A stretch of DNA of 64,000 nucleotides, taken from a bacterium (GTDB lineage: Bacteria; Desulfobacterota; Binatia; UBA12015). The position numbers were made by a program, and so were the translations under genes. The notes under the pieces are model-generated. The model saw nothing but the letters and a program-made list of their open reading frames with translations, was not told the origin of the DNA and made no database searches. Below, piece after piece: positions 63,595 through 64,000 of this stretch; position 1 is the first letter of the stretch; each line of letters starts with the position of its first letter. Where the stretch lies: assembly GCA_030430245.1 (NCBI GenBank), contig JAUIFY010000001.1, forward strand, positions 12,878-76,877, written 5' to 3'.

Positions 63595-64000
63595 TCAGCG
63601 GCTCGGGTCCATGAGCTGGGCGCCGAGCCACGCCCCGACGAGAATGCAGCTGGGGCCTCGGTGGTGCAGGCCATCGTACTTGGGGAAGCTCGGAAACTCG
63701 AAGTCGACGAGCTTCTCCGCCCGCATCGCCGCGGTCAACCGATCGTTCCAGGCGGCGTATCGGTCGATCAGTCCCGGCGAGATCTCGTCGATGGTGCGAT
63801 TCTTGGGATCGACCTCGTGCGGTGCCGTGACCCAGGTCGTGGCTGGCGCGAAGCGCGCGGCGATCTCGCGGATCCGCTCGATGGTGGCTCTCGGGTCGTC
63901 GCCCTCGAAGTCGTTGATGCCGAGTGTGATGACCACGGCATCGATCCGGGGGTGTCTTCGCTTCACGCGACGCACGTGGGTGCGGAGCCACTGGCTCGTG
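63595..64000 (-). CDS. SGNH/GDSL-hydrolase family protein, 5'-partial (runs off window end)
   Basis: DAVVITLGINDF is the SGNH block III GxND motif. The frame stays open upstream of the annotated Met through nt 64000, so the N-terminal GDS block lies outside the window. Confidence 0.5.
   Translation of the reverse strand, partial: TSQWLRTHVRRVKRRHPRIDAVVITLGINDFEGDDPRATIERIREIAARFAPATTWVTAPHEVDPKNRTIDEISPGLIDRYAAWNDRLTAAMRAEKLVDFEFPSFPKYDGLHHRGPSCILVGAWLGAQLMDPSR

Noticed and set aside
1-64000. Mobile elements, CRISPR arrays, tRNA/rRNA genes, phage or defense islands
   Set aside because: No transposase, integrase, recombinase, repeat-spacer array or tRNA-like cloverleaf was seen. Intergenic space is too short for rRNA. 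Apart from short AT-rich promoter patches (such as 2186..2256) the composition is uniformly GC-rich, with no obvious foreign island.

Overview
This 64 kb window is about 70% GC, densely coding, and most likely from a Gram-negative bacterium (several lipobox lipoproteins). I support about 56 protein-coding genes and found no rRNA, tRNA, CRISPR array, IS element or integrase. The ORF track is dominated by long Arg/Ala/Gly-rich shadow ORFs (antisense or N-terminal read-through of real genes), and it omits at least two real genes: a 5'-partial secreted protein at 1..1491(-), found by hand translation, and an ABM monooxygenase at 40329..40682(-), whose ends overlap the cytochrome P450 and acyl-CoA dehydrogenase (ACAD) genes flanking it.

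Gene content, in order along the window:
- 1..2185: partial secreted repeat protein and mscL.
- 2257..5307: an HxlR-SCP2 fusion regulator translationally coupled to a tandem ACAD pair.
- 5502..9874: a membrane-bound O-acyltransferase (MBOAT) plus a membrane-anchored SGNH-fold partner, coupled to a Baeyer-Villiger monooxygenase that carries an N-terminal extension.
- 9905..16508: a SWIM-SNF2 helicase, an arylsulfatase, an APC permease and a TrmO/TsaA-like gene.
- 18092..21707: a TetR-controlled aromatic catabolism cluster (VOC dioxygenase-like, FAH hydrolase, FAD monooxygenase carrying a -1 frameshift).
- 21751..23553: a secreted pectinacetylesterase-like protein with a duplicated Cys-helical N-domain.
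- 24101..33343: a five-gene tandem locus of circularly permuted (CP) ATP-grasp, alpha-E and transglutaminase genes in two paralogous sets, one with the ATP-grasp and alpha-E fused. This is a conserved but functionally uncharacterised predicted peptide-ligase/peptidase system, and my best candidate for the most novel biology here.
- 34731..46920 and 55930..62651: two lipid- or steroid-like catabolic blocks. The first has a KshA-like Rieske oxygenase preceded by a coupled 83-aa protein, a P450-ABM-ACAD pair-ThuA-SDR-SDR operon chained by 4-nt overlaps, and a FadD-like ligase. The second has an ACAD, a glutathione peroxidase, a CoA-transferase III and an enoyl-CoA hydratase.
- 46933..55848: a run of secreted or periplasmic proteins, including a Cys-rich unknown, a di-heme MauG/CCP peroxidase coupled to a large protein with an L,D-transpeptidase-like HGC motif, and SYLF, DUF922 and tandem-DUF1330 proteins.

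Palindromic operator candidates sit upstream of the HxlR and TetR regulators. All coordinates come from reading the sequence and may be off by 1-3 nt at start codons.
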